This document shows, in pieces, positions 35,709 through 48,498 of a DNA stretch of 64,000 nucleotides (its first letter is position 1; each line of letters opens with the position of its first letter). The position numbers and the translations under genes were made by a program. The DNA comes from Microbotryum violaceum (lineage: Eukaryota), in assembly GCA_001244265.2 (NCBI GenBank), contig CDLV01000009.1:1240001-1304000 (forward strand), written 5' to 3'. The notes under the pieces were generated by a model. The model searched no databases. It had not been told where the DNA came from and saw only the letters and a program-made list of their open reading frames with translations.

Positions 35709-37481
35709 ATGCCTCTCCCCGATGAATCTTCAAGACCCTCGGCATCGTCGCTCATCAAGCGCTTTGAGGCCATCAGCGCATCCCAAGACTCATCCTCGGC
35801 GTCTGCGATGAACCGATCCGTGTCGGGCGGAGCGCCAAAGAGGATTTGGTCCAACTCAAGTGCAACCACGGCGCCTGCTGCGAGCGCGGTGGCGCCTTCC
35901 CTTGCGGTCGATACGAAGCCTCCTACTTCTATCGACACCTCGAAGCCTTTACCGGAGCCACCGACGGCATCCGATGAAGCGACGCCGGATGTGGAGCCGG
36001 AGCTAACTTTTGCATCAACGCAGGAAGCAGGGTTTGCTTCGTCGCTTGGAGCCAAGACCTCACCTTCACCGACATCCCAAGCACCCGTCGAGTCGACAAC
36101 CATCCTCATCTCCGGCCCTTCTCCGACGACACCCATGAGAAATTTTCCTCCGCCGATCATTACCCAATCCTCCCTCGATGTCGACGCCCCACCCGTCAGT
36201 GCGGTCCTCGGATCCGCCAATGGTCTGCTAGCCTCATCACCGCCTAACCCCACAAGCTTGGCGGACCTCGTCGCCGGAGGTTCGAAACATCATTCGAAAT
36301 CGTCCTCAGTCGATTCGGCCTCTTCAAGAGTCTCGCACGAAGGTCTGAGTCGACCAACTTCGCCTCGCGTCGACGAGCAACGCTTGAGTGCTCCCCCTCT
36401 TCGTGGGGAGGCTTCCCCACCTCCATGCGATTCAGAGGATTCGCCACAGGAAGAAAAGTTTACTTTCCCGGCCGTCGAAAGTAAAGAAAAGGAGGTCGCT
36501 GCCGAATCACCAGCAAAGACTGGTTCGGCGCCGATCAAAGGACGCCTCAAGGTCAAGTCCACATCATCTTCAACCTCGAACGCTCGAGCCAAGTCGACCT
36601 CCCCACCCATCCGTCGGACCGTCTCACCCACCGTCCCCACCGTTCCTAAATCCCGACCTTCCCTCACTTCACCCACCGCTTCTTCCCTCGCCAAATCCCG
36701 TCTCCCAACCGATAAGCCCCCGCCTTTATCCCCCAAGACCTCACCTAAAAGAACGAACACTACCCTACACAAAACGACCACGACGATGGCTAGTGTCGGT
36801 GCACCACGATCAAGTTCGAGTGCTTCTTTAATCTCGAGGAGCGGTGCCCCTAGTCCTACACCTTCGACAGCTAGTCGATCGTCGGCTTTGGAAGGCACGA
36901 CGAGGAGTAGGTCCAGTCGTGCGACTACACCTTCGACACCTAGTCGATCACCGCCGATGACGAAAAAAGCAACTGGCTTGGGGACGACGACGACTAGTAC
37001 TTCATCAACGTTGAACACGCCAGCGAGGAACACCCCTAGAACACCTTCGGCTTCTACGTCATTGGGTTCGAGTACTCCAAGCAAATTCTCGTCGAGAGGT
37101 AGTAATGCGCCGATTTCCAAGACGTTATCGGAGGGGGAGAAGGTCCCGACGAGGGTTGGGAACGTCAAGATGGCTTCGAGCGGGAGAATCGGTCTGGCCG
37201 GAGCACCGGCAGGTGCGAATCCTTCACCCAGGGGAACAAAAAAAGTGAAAGAGAGGAAAGACACGCCGAAAGAGACGGTAGAGGATACACAAGCTGAGAA
37301 GGAGGACGAGGTCGAGACGCCTAGGGATGAGGATATCCCTGATATCCCGAGTGATGATGAGGAACGGGTGTTCGATCCGAAGACTTTGCAAGGTGGTCGG
37401 CCTGTGCCGGGGAGGATTGGGATCCCCATGGACGAGGAGACGGGTCGAGCGGTGGGAGATGAGGAACTCAAGGCTGCGTAG
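35709..37481 (+). CDS. Hypothetical Ser/Thr/Pro-rich disordered protein (590 aa)
   Basis: Long uninterrupted ORF with a good ATG context (aaacATG) and short motif-like islands (SLIKRFEA, SLTSPTASSLAK, GRIGL, GRIGIP). Confidence 0.7.
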   Translation: MPLPDESSRPSASSLIKRFEAISASQDSSSASAMNRSVSGGAPKRIWSNSSATTAPAASAVAPSLAVDTKPPTSIDTSKPLPEPPTASDEATPDVEPELTFASTQEAGFASSLGAKTSPSPTSQAPVESTTILISGPSPTTPMRNFPPPIITQSSLDVDAPPVSAVLGSANGLLASSPPNPTSLADLVAGGSKHHSKSSSVDSASSRVSHEGLSRPTSPRVDEQRLSAPPLRGEASPPPCDSEDSPQEEKFTFPAVESKEKEVAAESPAKTGSAPIKGRLKVKSTSSSTSNARAKSTSPPIRRTVSPTVPTVPKSRPSLTSPTASSLAKSRLPTDKPPPLSPKTSPKRTNTTLHKTTTTMASVGAPRSSSSASLISRSGAPSPTPSTASRSSALEGTTRSRSSRATTPSTPSRSPPMTKKATGLGTTTTSTSSTLNTPARNTPRTPSASTSLGSSTPSKFSSRGSNAPISKTLSEGEKVPTRVGNVKMASSGRIGLAGAPAGANPSPRGTKKVKERKDTPKETVEDTQAEKEDEVETPRDEDIPDIPSDDEERVFDPKTLQGGRPVPGRIGIPMDEETGRAVGDEELKAA

Positions 37482-37607
37482 GGGTAGGGTGTTACTTTGC
37501 GGAAGGGAAAGATCTTCCATTTAGCATACAACGAAGACTACGAACAAAATCAAGTTTAGTGAGAATTATATACATATGTTCGCATTGATGCCATTCCGGT
37601 GAAAAAA

Positions 37608-40600
37608 CTAGACAAACACCCAACGACCTTTGACCAAACGTTGCTCCATAAGGATAGGCTTCAATTCGATTCCGACTCCAGGACCGAAACGAGGGGTGAC
37701 GATCGTCTTGCGCGTCGAACCGTCCATTGTAGGATCGGCTTTGGTAGCCAAGGACGTGGACGCTGTTTCGACGGGTTTGGAGAAGGTGCACATCGGTCGT
37801 CCGAGAGTCGGTAGCCAGGCGGGGTTGATCTTGGTGACGGCTGTAAGGCGAGAGGAGGGCGGGTCAGTGAATGCACTGCCGTGCACGAGATGTTCGAATG
37901 AGAACAACTCACTCTTCATCCAGACCTTGTTGGTCCTCATCACTTCTTGAAACACCACGAATTCCGGCGGGGCTTGATGGAACAATGTGCTCGAAGGATG
38001 AATGAAAATGTCCTCGTCTATGCCGAAAGCGCGATAGGGAACGCCACGCGTCGAGACCGTCTTCGCATAAGACAAAGGCGAGGCCTTGTCGGCCAAGTCC
38101 TTTCGAATCGCCACTTGATCGATGAATGCCGAAGTGAGCAATTGACGCAGAACCTTCAACTGCGTTGTCGAAGGTGGAGGAAGTTGAGGGTGGAAGCCGG
38201 CATCGAGTCCGTGGTAGGACGTCGATACGATGCGGGAGATCTGCGCGCGAAGCTTGTGAATCTCTTCCATGGCCTTGACGCGGACGAAGCTGGAGTTGCA
38301 GAACGACGCTTTAGCACCGTCATACTCGTAGGCGCCGACGACGGAGAGCATCTTGAAGACGTCGCTTGCGCCTTGACCGAGGGCGGAGTGAATCTAGGCA
38401 AAGTTTCGGTCAGCATTAGATTGCACTCTCAGGCATGCACGACGTAAATCACCTTTTGTGATTCAAAGAAGGCTTTGCGGGCGACCTTGAGTTCCTCCTT
38501 CCTCCTCAGTTCAGGATCCCGGATGTGTCGAATCTCGGCAGCACTCAGCGCTTTGCGCTCCTCGCTATCAGGCAATTCGTCCTCATCGTCACCAAGGTTG
38601 GCTTCGCGAATGAAAGGATCGCCGACCGACAAAGCGCACACGATCGCGATGACATACGGCAAGCATCCATTTGATCGACCAGCGACAATCATCTTGGAGA
38701 ACCTCGGGGACAGGGGGAAAAGGGACATGGATCGACCGAGCTCGGTGATCTTGTGGCTACTCGCGCCTTTGGCGCCTTCCTTAGCTTCCAACGCGCCGAG
38801 GTTGATCAACGTCTTTTCGGCCTCTCGAAGGGCGTGACGATCGGGAGGGGTTGGGAAGGGAAAGTTGGCGACCGAGTCGATATTCATCGACTTCATCTGC
38901 AACACAATCCCTTCGATCGGCATGCGCAAGATCTCAGGTTTGGTGTGCGCCTCGAAAAAATTCTCGAATACGGCCGAAGAGTACAGTCGATAGCAATGTC
39001 CAGGTCCGGTACGACCTGCTCGACCTGCTCGTTGTTGAGCAGAGGCTTTGGAGATCCAGGTAACCTCGAACGATTGGATTCCATTCGCTGGGTCGAATTG
39101 ACGCTCCTTGGCTCGACCGGCGTCGATGACGTATTTGACGTTTGGGATGGTGATGGCCGTTTCGGCGACGTTTGTTGCGACAACAACGAGACGCGTTCCT
39201 TCGGGTGGAGGTTGGAAGACACGCATTTGCTTCTCCGTCGGTAGGAGTGAATACAACGGAAGAATATGCATCGGTTCTGGAGTGAAGAAGTTCGGTCAGC
39301 TCAAAACCTAGACTTAGGGGGTACGTGATGCCCATCGCGGCGACTCACCGTCGGTGTCATCTTCGAAGTCCATCCCTCCAAATTTCTCCTCCTCCTCATC
39401 CGACTCGAGTCCTTCTGGATCCTCATCATATATCCCATCATCAACATCGGCTGCCAAATCAATGTTATCCTCCCCAAGTTCCAACTCCTCAACCTCGACA
39501 TCATCTCCCATCTCAACCCGACCTCCCTTAATGTCAATCGCATCCTGTTCTCGTTCCTCCCTGGCCTCGCGTTCAGATTTCCTCTCCTCCTTGGCGTCCA
39601 GTCTCTTCTGACTCTGGGCCTTCATCTCCTCGGCCTTGTGTTTCCTCGTCTCGATCGCCGCCTTGCCAAACTTGGCCTCGAGCTTTTTGCACAGACTGAC
39701 GATCTCGTTCTGACCGGTGCAAAAGACCAAGACCCCACCTTGGGGTAAGCGGGCATGGATCCGAGCAACCTTTTTGTACGCTTGTTCGAGGTAGTTGTGA
39801 TGCGTTTTCCGGGCAAAGTGGAGAGTGACGGGATGTTGACGCGCGTCGACGCGGAGGACGGGAGGTGGCGTAGGGAAGAGCGTCGAGTTTTCGGCGAAAT
39901 CCGCCACGCGGAGAGTCGCGGACATGATGATCAGTCGGAGAGGCTATAGACGGGGGTCTTTGTCAGAAGGTAGCTCGAGAATCTAGGGTGAGTCCTGAAC
40001 CCTAAGCTCACCTTGACTTCATCCTTGCCGTGGCGCCACATCTTCTCCCGCAATCTCGCCACCCGACTCAGGACACCAATCAATACGTCCGTGTTGACAC
40101 CTCGTTCGTGAGCTTCATCAATCACAACGACTGAGTACTTGCCCAACAAGAAATCAGCCGCCAGTTCTCGGAGAAGCACACCATCGGTCATGAAGACCAA
40201 TTTGGTGTCGGCACCTGATGTTGAAGAGTAGCGAATGCGATGGGCGACTTGGGTCGAGCCGGAGGGGAGACATAGTTCAGCTCGGACGCGCGCCGAAGTC
40301 GATAGGGCTGCGACTCGCCGCGGTTGTGTGATCGCGACCATCCCGGGATTGTCTGTGAGGTTGGGTTTACCGTCAGGTTCAGTGTCTTATCAAGGACATC
40401 CTCGTTGCGGATTAGGCGGGCTCACCACTCGATTTGTCACCAAAGCCCGCTTCCCACAAGAACTGGCCGATCTGTGTTGTCTTACCACTACCCGTCTCAC
40501 CACAAATGACAACGACGGGGTGACCTCGGATCGCATCCATGATCCGGTCCTCCTCCTTGACGATGGGTAGCTCGGCGCGTTGCTTGTCCATCTCCTCCGT

Positions 40601-42303
40601 TCGGGTGATCGGGATATGGGTCGTGCGCTGTGGTGGCATCGACGGCAACTCGTTCTTGGGCAGAGGGGCTCCTAAGGGTCCAGTGATGCCCTCAGGCAGA
40701 GTAGACGCTTTGACGCCTGAACCAGCCGGAAGTAGGGGCTCGTATACGCCATTGATCGAAGTCGGCTGGACCGATGCTTCCACAGCGTCTAGCTGCCCCG
40801 ATGCCGACAGGATTTGCTTGTCGGCCCAGGCCGTGAACGACCCCTTTTGGTGTGTCGCACGAGCACTCGGTGCTGCCTCTTCATCCGCGGCTCCGCTTGA
40901 AGCCTTGCCCTCTGCCCACTGTTCTAGCGTCTTCTCCTCTTCATCTCCTTCATCTTGCTCGGCTCCATCGGCATCTTGCTCATGCTGTTCCTCCCCGATG
41001 CCATACCAGCTCTCGGCATCGCTGACCTCCTCATCCTCCCCGGACCCACTCTCCTCACTCGAGTCGAAATCGCTCTCTTCTTCACTCCCTTCTTCATTTT
41101 CGACAACTTTTCCCTTCCCTTTGCCGTATTTTGTGTGCTCGACCAAAGCTCTCATGCGCCCCTTCTCCTTCTTGGCCCTCTTGACGACGGTGACTTGGGC
41201 GCCGGCGACCAGACCAGAGCCGACTGTCGCGGGAGGAGCAGGTGCAGCGAGTAGCGACGAGGTAGAAGCCCTCGGTACATCGATGATCTCGAGTGTACCC
41301 GAGACGTTGACAGGCGGTGGTTGGCGCGTGTTCAATGTCGTGGCGTTCGCTCGAGAGAAGGTCGTTGTCGGTTCCGGCGCGGTAGGGATCAACTCCCTCC
41401 GAATCAACGCCTCCTCCATCTCGACATCCTCCTGCTGATCCGAGTCATTCTCTTCGTCATCCCCATCAATATCGACGTCCTCATCGGACAAGTTGCGCGC
41501 TCCAGCTTTGCCCTTGACTCGTTCGATGATGGCTTTGGCCCTGACTCGTCTCGATTCCTCGAGATGGTTTGCATGATTCAGTCGATCGGCTTGGGTCTTG
41601 AACTGCTTGGATCCCAAACTGGAGGAGCTTTGTAATGACAGATTCTGCGTTTGAGTTTTGCTGAATAGGTGACCCAGCAAGAGTCAGTTCAGAAGCCTCG
41701 AACGTCCCGAGATGATTGAATCTTCCAGCTGAAAGAAACTCACGCGATGGAAGAGATGAGCTCGGCTCGTTGCTCCTTTTTGAGTTTGCGAGTGACAAAC
41801 GCTTCGAAGCGCTTCCTCTTCTTGGATGACATATGAGTCGGGGTTTCGATCGTCTCTTCGGCCTGCGGAAGGGAACGAGCCCGAGGAGAAAGGAGAGAGG
41901 AGTGGGGGGGGGGGGGGGGGGACGTCAGACCTGATGCACCATGCCAAGTCATAAAAATCATAATTATGACAATGAATTAAGATGAGACGCTGCGAAAGAT
42001 ACTCTGTGAGCAGTAGCTGCCCCGGCCACGTGAACTGGAGAGCGTAGCTGCGAAGGGAGCTCGCTCCACTCTGGGCTCAATCAGCAGCAAAGAGCAAGTA
42101 CGCACCAATTTACGCTGTTCCTCCCTCCTCTTCTTCTGCTCGACCGGGTCAATGATGAGAGCATTGCTATCGTCGATTGCATCCAGGGCCTGTTCGTCCT
42201 GTCGTCTCGCACGCTTGCCCGAGGCGGTCGCCTTCGCACGCGCGATAGACGCCGCTCGTCCTTTTTGGTTGTACGGCACATGGCGGGGGGCGATCTGCGA
42301 CAT
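37608..42303 (-). CDS. DHR1: DEAH-box RNA helicase Dhr1/Ecm16 (DHX37)
   Basis: GETGSGKTTQ, TQPRRVAA, DEAHER, MSATLRVADF, ATNVAETAITIP and QRAGRAGRTGPGHCYRLYSS; N-terminus with MSSKKRKR typical of Dhr1. Confidence 0.93.
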
Positions 42304-42534
42304 GCTGAGAGTGAGCTTGGTTCCTGAGAGGTGACTCGCACCGTTTGACAGGGTGCCGGGAGGAAGGCCAGCGGCGACGAAGCGCTTGCTTCGCTTTCGA
42401 CTCGCAGTCGGGACGCGGTCCAAGCTCAAGCGCTCCAGCTCCGCAATTCGCACGCGCCCCTGTTTTATGTGTGCTCACCAGCAGCTCTCGCTCTTAATCT
42501 CCTCCGCCCACCCCCGCCGGTCCACCTCAACACC

Positions 42535-43158
42535 ATGACCTCCATCACAACAAGTCCCAACACCGTGGAGCGCACTTCATTTGACACCGACCTGGCCCAT
42601 TCCTTACTGCCCTCCATCATCGCGCTCTCCCAGTCAGCTGCCTTGCTTCACGGGCCGTCGACCACAACCTCGGGCCCTACTTCGACCGCAGCGAGCAAAG
42701 AAGCAGCTCTGAACGCAGCCAAATCAGATCTAGGCCGACAGGCGAGTCATATGTATCCCCGTGTCCCGTGACCTTCCGCAAACTCAGTCTCCATCCCCCG
42801 CCCCCCACTGATCGTGCTCCACCATCTCCTTCCTCAGGCAACTCAACTTCGCAACGCCCTCGCTACACTCCAAACCCAAGCCCAACACCTCGAGATGGGG
42901 GATCTGAGCATCCAAGACCAATCCTGGATTATTAAAGAGCTGCAATTCAAGCTGGATCAAAAGAGGTGCGCTTCCATAAGAGATGAGCCCTATGGCCCCT
43001 GGTCTCTTTCCATAATCGCAGGCACTGACCAGGATACTGAACACGTCTGGTCGTTCTTTGGAGCGATTAGAGATCAAGTGAAGGCGCTCCGGGACGTCAT
43101 CCCGACACCCCAAGCTACGACGAGCCCAGACCAAGCTGCCATGGACACGTCGAGCTGA
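42535..43158 (+). CDS. Small coiled-coil protein, possibly Mediator subunit Med9-like
   Basis: Three exons. QAQHLEMGDLSIQDQSWIIKELQFKLDQKR resembles the Med9 C-terminal motif. Intron 1 is GC-AG (42742-42837). Confidence 0.55.
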
Positions 43159-43870
43159 GACCTCATCAACACGCGTGGTCCCAGAAGGAATGGAGCGGAG
43201 TCAATCTATCTATATGCAATGTTGTACGAATCAAAAATAAGCGCAGATGTTGTAACGAATATTTTGATGGTGCCCACATGCGGTGGAGGACTCAGCAAAT
43301 GGTGGACACGAAGCTTGCCCGCGACCACGTGAACCCCACAGGATAGTTGAACAATAAGAATCCGATGTCTCCCGGAACATGTCCCCCCATATCTTCCAGC
43401 TGAGACATTGCTGCATCAGAAAACGACCTTCTTTCAGCATGTGAGCGGCAAGGCCCTCAAAGGAAGACCTCAACAGATCGGATAAACTGGGAGAGATGTA
43501 TCACGTGACCGCTTTCGTGATCGCGGGCTCCCGGGAAAATCGGAACCAATACAATGTTTTCGAGGTGTTGCACGAAACGTACAAATTATGTGTAGGTCAA
43601 CCTCAGTTACTTGGTCCTATGAATAGAAAGAATCATTCATGTTCATCACCGGCATGTGTTCTACGCGCTCTTTGACCAATCACGAATCGGAAGAGCGAAA
43701 AGAGCAGCTAGCTGGTCAGATCGAGATCCACGGGACCACGACGTCATCCATGCCTCAAGCCAGCGCCGTTACTACTGCTTGAGCCCAGCCCATCCGTGAT
43801 CGCCTCTCCCTTCTTGCCTTCAACCTTTTTCCTCGAAGCTCTCAATTTGAAAACACTTTTGCTGCCCTCC

Positions 43871-44386
43871 ATGTTCGCCGCTCGTCAAGCCTTGCGTCTT
43901 AGTCGACCTTCTGTAAGCCCTCAGCTCTCGCAAGGACCCCGCCCCGCCCCCCACATGTAGAAACTCGCTCTCCAGGATGCTCGCTTCACGATCGAGCGGG
44001 AGCCTTCGTTATCGCGGATCCCGCGTAGTTGCAACCTGTGCATACACCCGGCCAAAGTGGACTACGAAACCCTGACCTTTCCACTTTCTTTTCCCCAGAC
44101 CCGCTCCTACGCAACTCAAGAACCTACCAACGTCCAACGCGGCCAGTCCAAGACCCCTTTCTATATCGCCGGTGCCGTCATCGTCCTCGGACTAGGCTAC
44201 ACGCTTGGAACAAAGGGCACACCCGCCACACCTGCCGTTAAGGGGATGCAAGAGGCGACGCACCCCAAGACGCCTGGAGCGAGGGAAGCCGCAGGGTTGA
44301 ACGCCGATCCGCATGATCGACCGAGTACGGCGGGTGGCGACCAGAAGGCCAAGGACGAGAACGTCAAGGCGACCAAGGCGCTATAA
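43871..44386 (+). CDS. Small single-TM mitochondrial hypothetical protein
   Basis: MFAARQALRLSRPS|TRSYAT presequence with an R-3-like site, then TM segment FYIAGAVIVLGLGYTL; intron at about 43913-44098. Confidence 0.7.
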
Positions 44387-44688
44387 AGGGGAGGAACGGG
44401 ATTAATCACGCGACATCCCAACCGATCGCATTGAAAGTCTCTACATTTTGAGTTATACTTCGCTGTCCATCTGTATCGCGCAATGCAACCATTGCCCAAG
44501 TATAAGCCCGCGAATGGCCCACGCTTGCAGCTTTACAAACCAGACCCGTGGGTGGACGTCCTGAAACTGGTCTTTATGATTGTAAATGACTGTATCAGAC
44601 TTTTATATGGACACGAAGTTGGATCGATCGCAGAAAAGTCTTTTTTCGACGTCTCGGAAGCGCACAAATGCCTCCGACCTCGCCGTGC

Positions 44689-46489
44689 TCAGTACCCGCG
44701 ATCGGCGGTCATCGCTTGCCCAGGTCGTCGCAAGTTGCCCTCACCCTTCATACCGGCTCCAAGGCCTTCCGATACTTGAGCGAGGATGAGAGGGTCGTTG
44801 TAGTGCGTCGTCGCTTGGACGATCGCTTTGGCGAGCAGAGCAGGGTTTTCCGCTTTGAAGATGCCGGAACCACTGAGGAAGGGGAAATCAAGTAAGGTCA
44901 AGAAGTCAGTCCATGCTGTAGTGTGCCTTCAAGGTAAATCTTAACGTTAAGTACGTACACAAAAACACCATCACACCCAAGTTGCATCATCAACGCCGCA
45001 TCAGCGGGAGTCGCGATCCCACCAGCAGAGAACATAACAACAGGGAGACGCCCGATCGCTCGCACCTCGCGCAACAACTCGATCGGCGCCGAGAGCTCCT
45101 TGGCCATGTTGTACAGCTCGATCTCGGACGCGGTCGTTGCGCGCTTAATCGCGGCGTTGACTTCGCGGGCGTGGCGCACGGCCTCGATGACATTACCCGT
45201 TCCTGCTTCACCTGGAGAGTACCGACGCAAATGAGGGGCCATGTTAAACGCGGTCAGGTCTCAAACATTACGGGTGTGTGTGAAAATTGCGGACTCACCC
45301 TTTGTTCGGATCATAGCCGCACCCTCCGAGATACGTCGCAGGGCCTCTCCAAGATCCTTACACCCGCAGACGACTGTGCAAACACAATTTCAGGTCAGTT
45401 ACCGTATGCCAAAACGGTTCATAATCCTTCCAACGGTATGATTTACTGGCGCGACGGCGCAGAGCTCCGCGTCGCCAGAGACGGCCAAGTGCCGGGCTAA
45501 AACTCACATGGCACTTTGAAAGCCTATTGCGAGGCGTGGACGGGATAATCTATCAGTATACGAGCCCAAAAACGATCTCAGAAAGACTCGTGCTGGCACT
45601 CACATGCTTGTCGACGTGTAGGGAGGGATCGGCAGGGGTCAAGACCTCGGATCTGCACAAAGGTGAAAGTGGAGGCGACGTCAGGGGCCCGATTCGGTGG
45701 AGGGCGAGGGGAAGGAGAGGCCACGAAGCGGGCACGGGGCACACGCGACTTACTCGTCAATGTAGTCAACTCCAATGGCTTGCAAGATCTGAGCCTCGAC
45801 AATGTGACCGATCCGCGACTTGGCCATGACCTGTGAAACATGGGTGCGTCTCCGTGTCGGTCAGCTTCGGAAGTGAGAAAACTGAGTCAGGAGAGCCCGC
45901 CACGGTCCGTACGGGGATAGAGACAGCCTCCATGATCTCTTTAATCATCTTGGGATCCGACATGCGAGCGACTCCGCCATCTCGTCGGATATCGGAAGGA
46001 ACACGCTCCAAAGCCTGCGAGAGGAGACAGGGACGCCACGATGAGGGAAAAAAAGCGGTCGGTCTCTCGGCGATCGATCGAGGGGGCAGCGACGTACCAT
46101 CACAGCACAGGCCCCGGCGGCTTCAGCGATGCGTGCCTCATCTGCGTTTACGACATCCACTGCAGTTGGAAAGAGAGGAGGAGACGGTCAGCTGGAATGA
46201 GCTCAGATGTTCCGCCCCTCTTTTTTTTGTGGTGGCAAAACGAAGGAGAAAGCCGGACTTGCTGATGACGCCGCCTTTGAGCATTTGTGCGAGACCAGAC
46301 TAGATTGGAAATTCACCTAGAAGTCAGTGCAAGGGTTGGATCAACAGCGCAAGCAGCTCAACTGACTTTGAGGCCGAACGTGCCGTTGCCGAACGAGGCA
46401 TGGTAGCCGGCGCCGTTGACGTTCGCACCGTTGGCGTGTGACGGAGCGTTGAAGCTCGGCGTTGTGGGGTCAAGGGCTTGAGGGGACAT
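44689..46489 (-). CDS. SNZ1: Pyridoxal 5'-phosphate synthase subunit Pdx1/Snz1
   Basis: [80 protein letters not shown]; microexon AFKVP at about 45509-45524. Confidence 0.96.
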
Positions 46490-46881
46490 GGCAGGATTCA
46501 GATAAGAGAGAGGAATGGTGTGGAAAAGATGCGGTGCAGTACGTCGTAAGAAGAACTTGAAAAGTGTGCGACGGGTGAGGGGAGGAAAGGGAAAGAGTCA
46601 AGGGACAGGCAGGTAGGTCCTCAAGATCGCGAAGCGTTGCATTGCACTAAGCGCGGCGCGGCGCAAGACGGCGATAGTCCGTTTAACGCCCGGATTTTAG
46701 CGAACGCTCGGCGCCGTCGGCTCGCCATGATGTTCGCTCGTCCGACCGCTGGGCCATCTTGAGACCTTGCAGCGCAACGCATCACCTCTTGCGAACACAA
46801 AACAATAGCTTACGGGGGCAAGTCCACGCGTTCTTTCCCTCTTGCCAACCGCCTGCTGCCCCAAAAACCCCGCAGCGCGCC

Positions 46882-47798
46882 ATGGTCCAGCCGTCTCACT
46901 CGTTGACAATCGGTGTTTTGTAAGTGTAACGGCTCCACTCTACCACCCCCGCGATCTCCACCAGCCTCATGTCGACGCTCCCCGAAATCAAGTCACTTAT
47001 GAACGTCCCCCGGATTCCCTACACTGGCACAGAGCACTCCAAGGCTCCTTCGCCGAACACGTCGAGATCCTGCGCTCGCTGTCGTTGCCGCCGGGCGCAT
47101 CGGTCATTTGCGTTCGCACGCCTTCGGAGTTGGAGCGATGCCGCGCGCTCATCATTCCCGGCGGCGAAAGTACGACCATGTCGCTCGTCGCTCAACGTGG
47201 GGGGATGCTCGAACCTTTGAAGCGATTTGTCGAGGATGCGAGGCACTCTAGAGGCAAGGCTGTGTATGGCACTTGCGCTGGGATGATTTTGCTGGCCAAG
47301 GAGGTCATAGGGGCCAAGGAAGGTTACGAGGGGCTGCAAGGCGTCGATTGCAGGATAGTACGGAACCAATACGGTCGACAGGTGACTCTATTTCTCAACG
47401 AGTGGTGAACACGTGAAGTGCTTGGAGCTGAGGTACTTGCAAATCCGACTTTTCGCCAGGTCGAATCCTTCGCTCACCCGCTCGAGATCAGCTCGCTGAC
47501 ATCGTCGTCCATACCATACAACGCCATCTTTATCCGGGCACCCGTGATCCACTCCCTAATCCCTCCTCGTGATGCCTCGTCACCCCAAGTCGAAGTTCTT
47601 GTGCGTGTCCCTCGATCGGTACTCCCGAGTCCGACCAAAGCTGCGATCGCGGTCGGCGGCGCCTCGGAACTCGGGCCCGATGCCGACGTCGTGATGCTAA
47701 GACAGGGTGACATCCTCATGACGAGCTTCCATCCCGAGTTGACTCCGGATACGAGGATTCACGACTGGTGGTGCAGGACAATGGTCTTCAAGGAGTAG
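46882..47798 (+). CDS. SNO1: PLP synthase glutaminase subunit Pdx2/Sno1
   Basis: TIGVL|ALQGSFAEH, IIPGGESTTM, GTCAGMILLA, RNQYGRQ|VESF, FIRAP and SFHPELT. Confidence 0.96.
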
Positions 47799-48360
47799 CC
47801 TCGATCGGCTTCCCGACATGGGTGTGATGGGGTAGGACTTTAGACGACCTAGATAACAGATTAACGCGCCCGCGTGGGGGGCGACGAGTCCCTGAACCTC
47901 TGACTCCTCACCTCCCAATGCAATTCATAGAGCTCGAAAACCTTGAGCCATCGTGGTCCAATAGGGAAACGCTCTCTTCCGGATCGACATTCCAGTACGA
48001 TTAATCCTCGGACCCAAACAATGAGAAAACAAAGAAGAGGACGATCGTCGGAGTCGCTGTGCAACGCGGCCTGATACGTGCACGTGAGAAAAAAACCAAG
48101 AAAGCAGACACAGCGAATCGCCACACATCCCCACTTCCTCTCCATCATCCCCATCCTCGAGTCTGACCTATCCCGCCGCATTGCCAGTTGAAGCAGCTGT
48201 TGACAGCGGGTGACCACGTTAGCAGCAGCTCGCAACTTTACGTTCGAGCAGACGGAATTACTAGTAGGCAGTCACACTTGGTGTGCATAAAACTCATTTT
48301 TTGTGGACAATGTTGTTGATTCATGATTGATACCGGTCATGACGTCTTGCACTGCGAATT

Positions 48361-48498
48361 GGCGGACAAGGAAACCCCGTGTAACACCAAATCCCGAGGT
48401 GGAGGCAAAGGTGGAGGGGGAGGTGGATGGGCGGACAAGGAAACCCCCTGTAACGCCAAATCCCGAGGTGGAGGCAAAGGTGGAGGTGAAGGTGGATG
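48361..48498. repeat. Two-copy 69-bp tandem repeat
   Basis: GGCGGACAAGGAAACCCC...GGAGGCAAAGGTGGAGG starts at 48361 and at 48430, with few mismatches. Confidence 0.9.

Noticed and set aside
36290..37531. 413-aa minus-strand ORF
   Set aside because: Antisense shadow of the S/T/P-rich + strand gene; its V/G/L/E composition is what the reverse complement of those codons gives.
41880..42105. Long DHR1 intron with poly-C tract and small AT hairpin
   Set aside because: No TIR/TSD or snoRNA boxes identified; similar C-runs occur in the septin intron.
43231..43473. Short minus-strand ORF or relic downstream of the Med9-like gene
   Set aside because: No motif or splice structure to support it.
43913..44098. 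Long intron as a TPP riboswitch or snoRNA host near the B6 genes
   Set aside because: No TPP aptamer core (CTGAGA...ATACC...GATAA) and no clear C/D or H/ACA boxes were seen.
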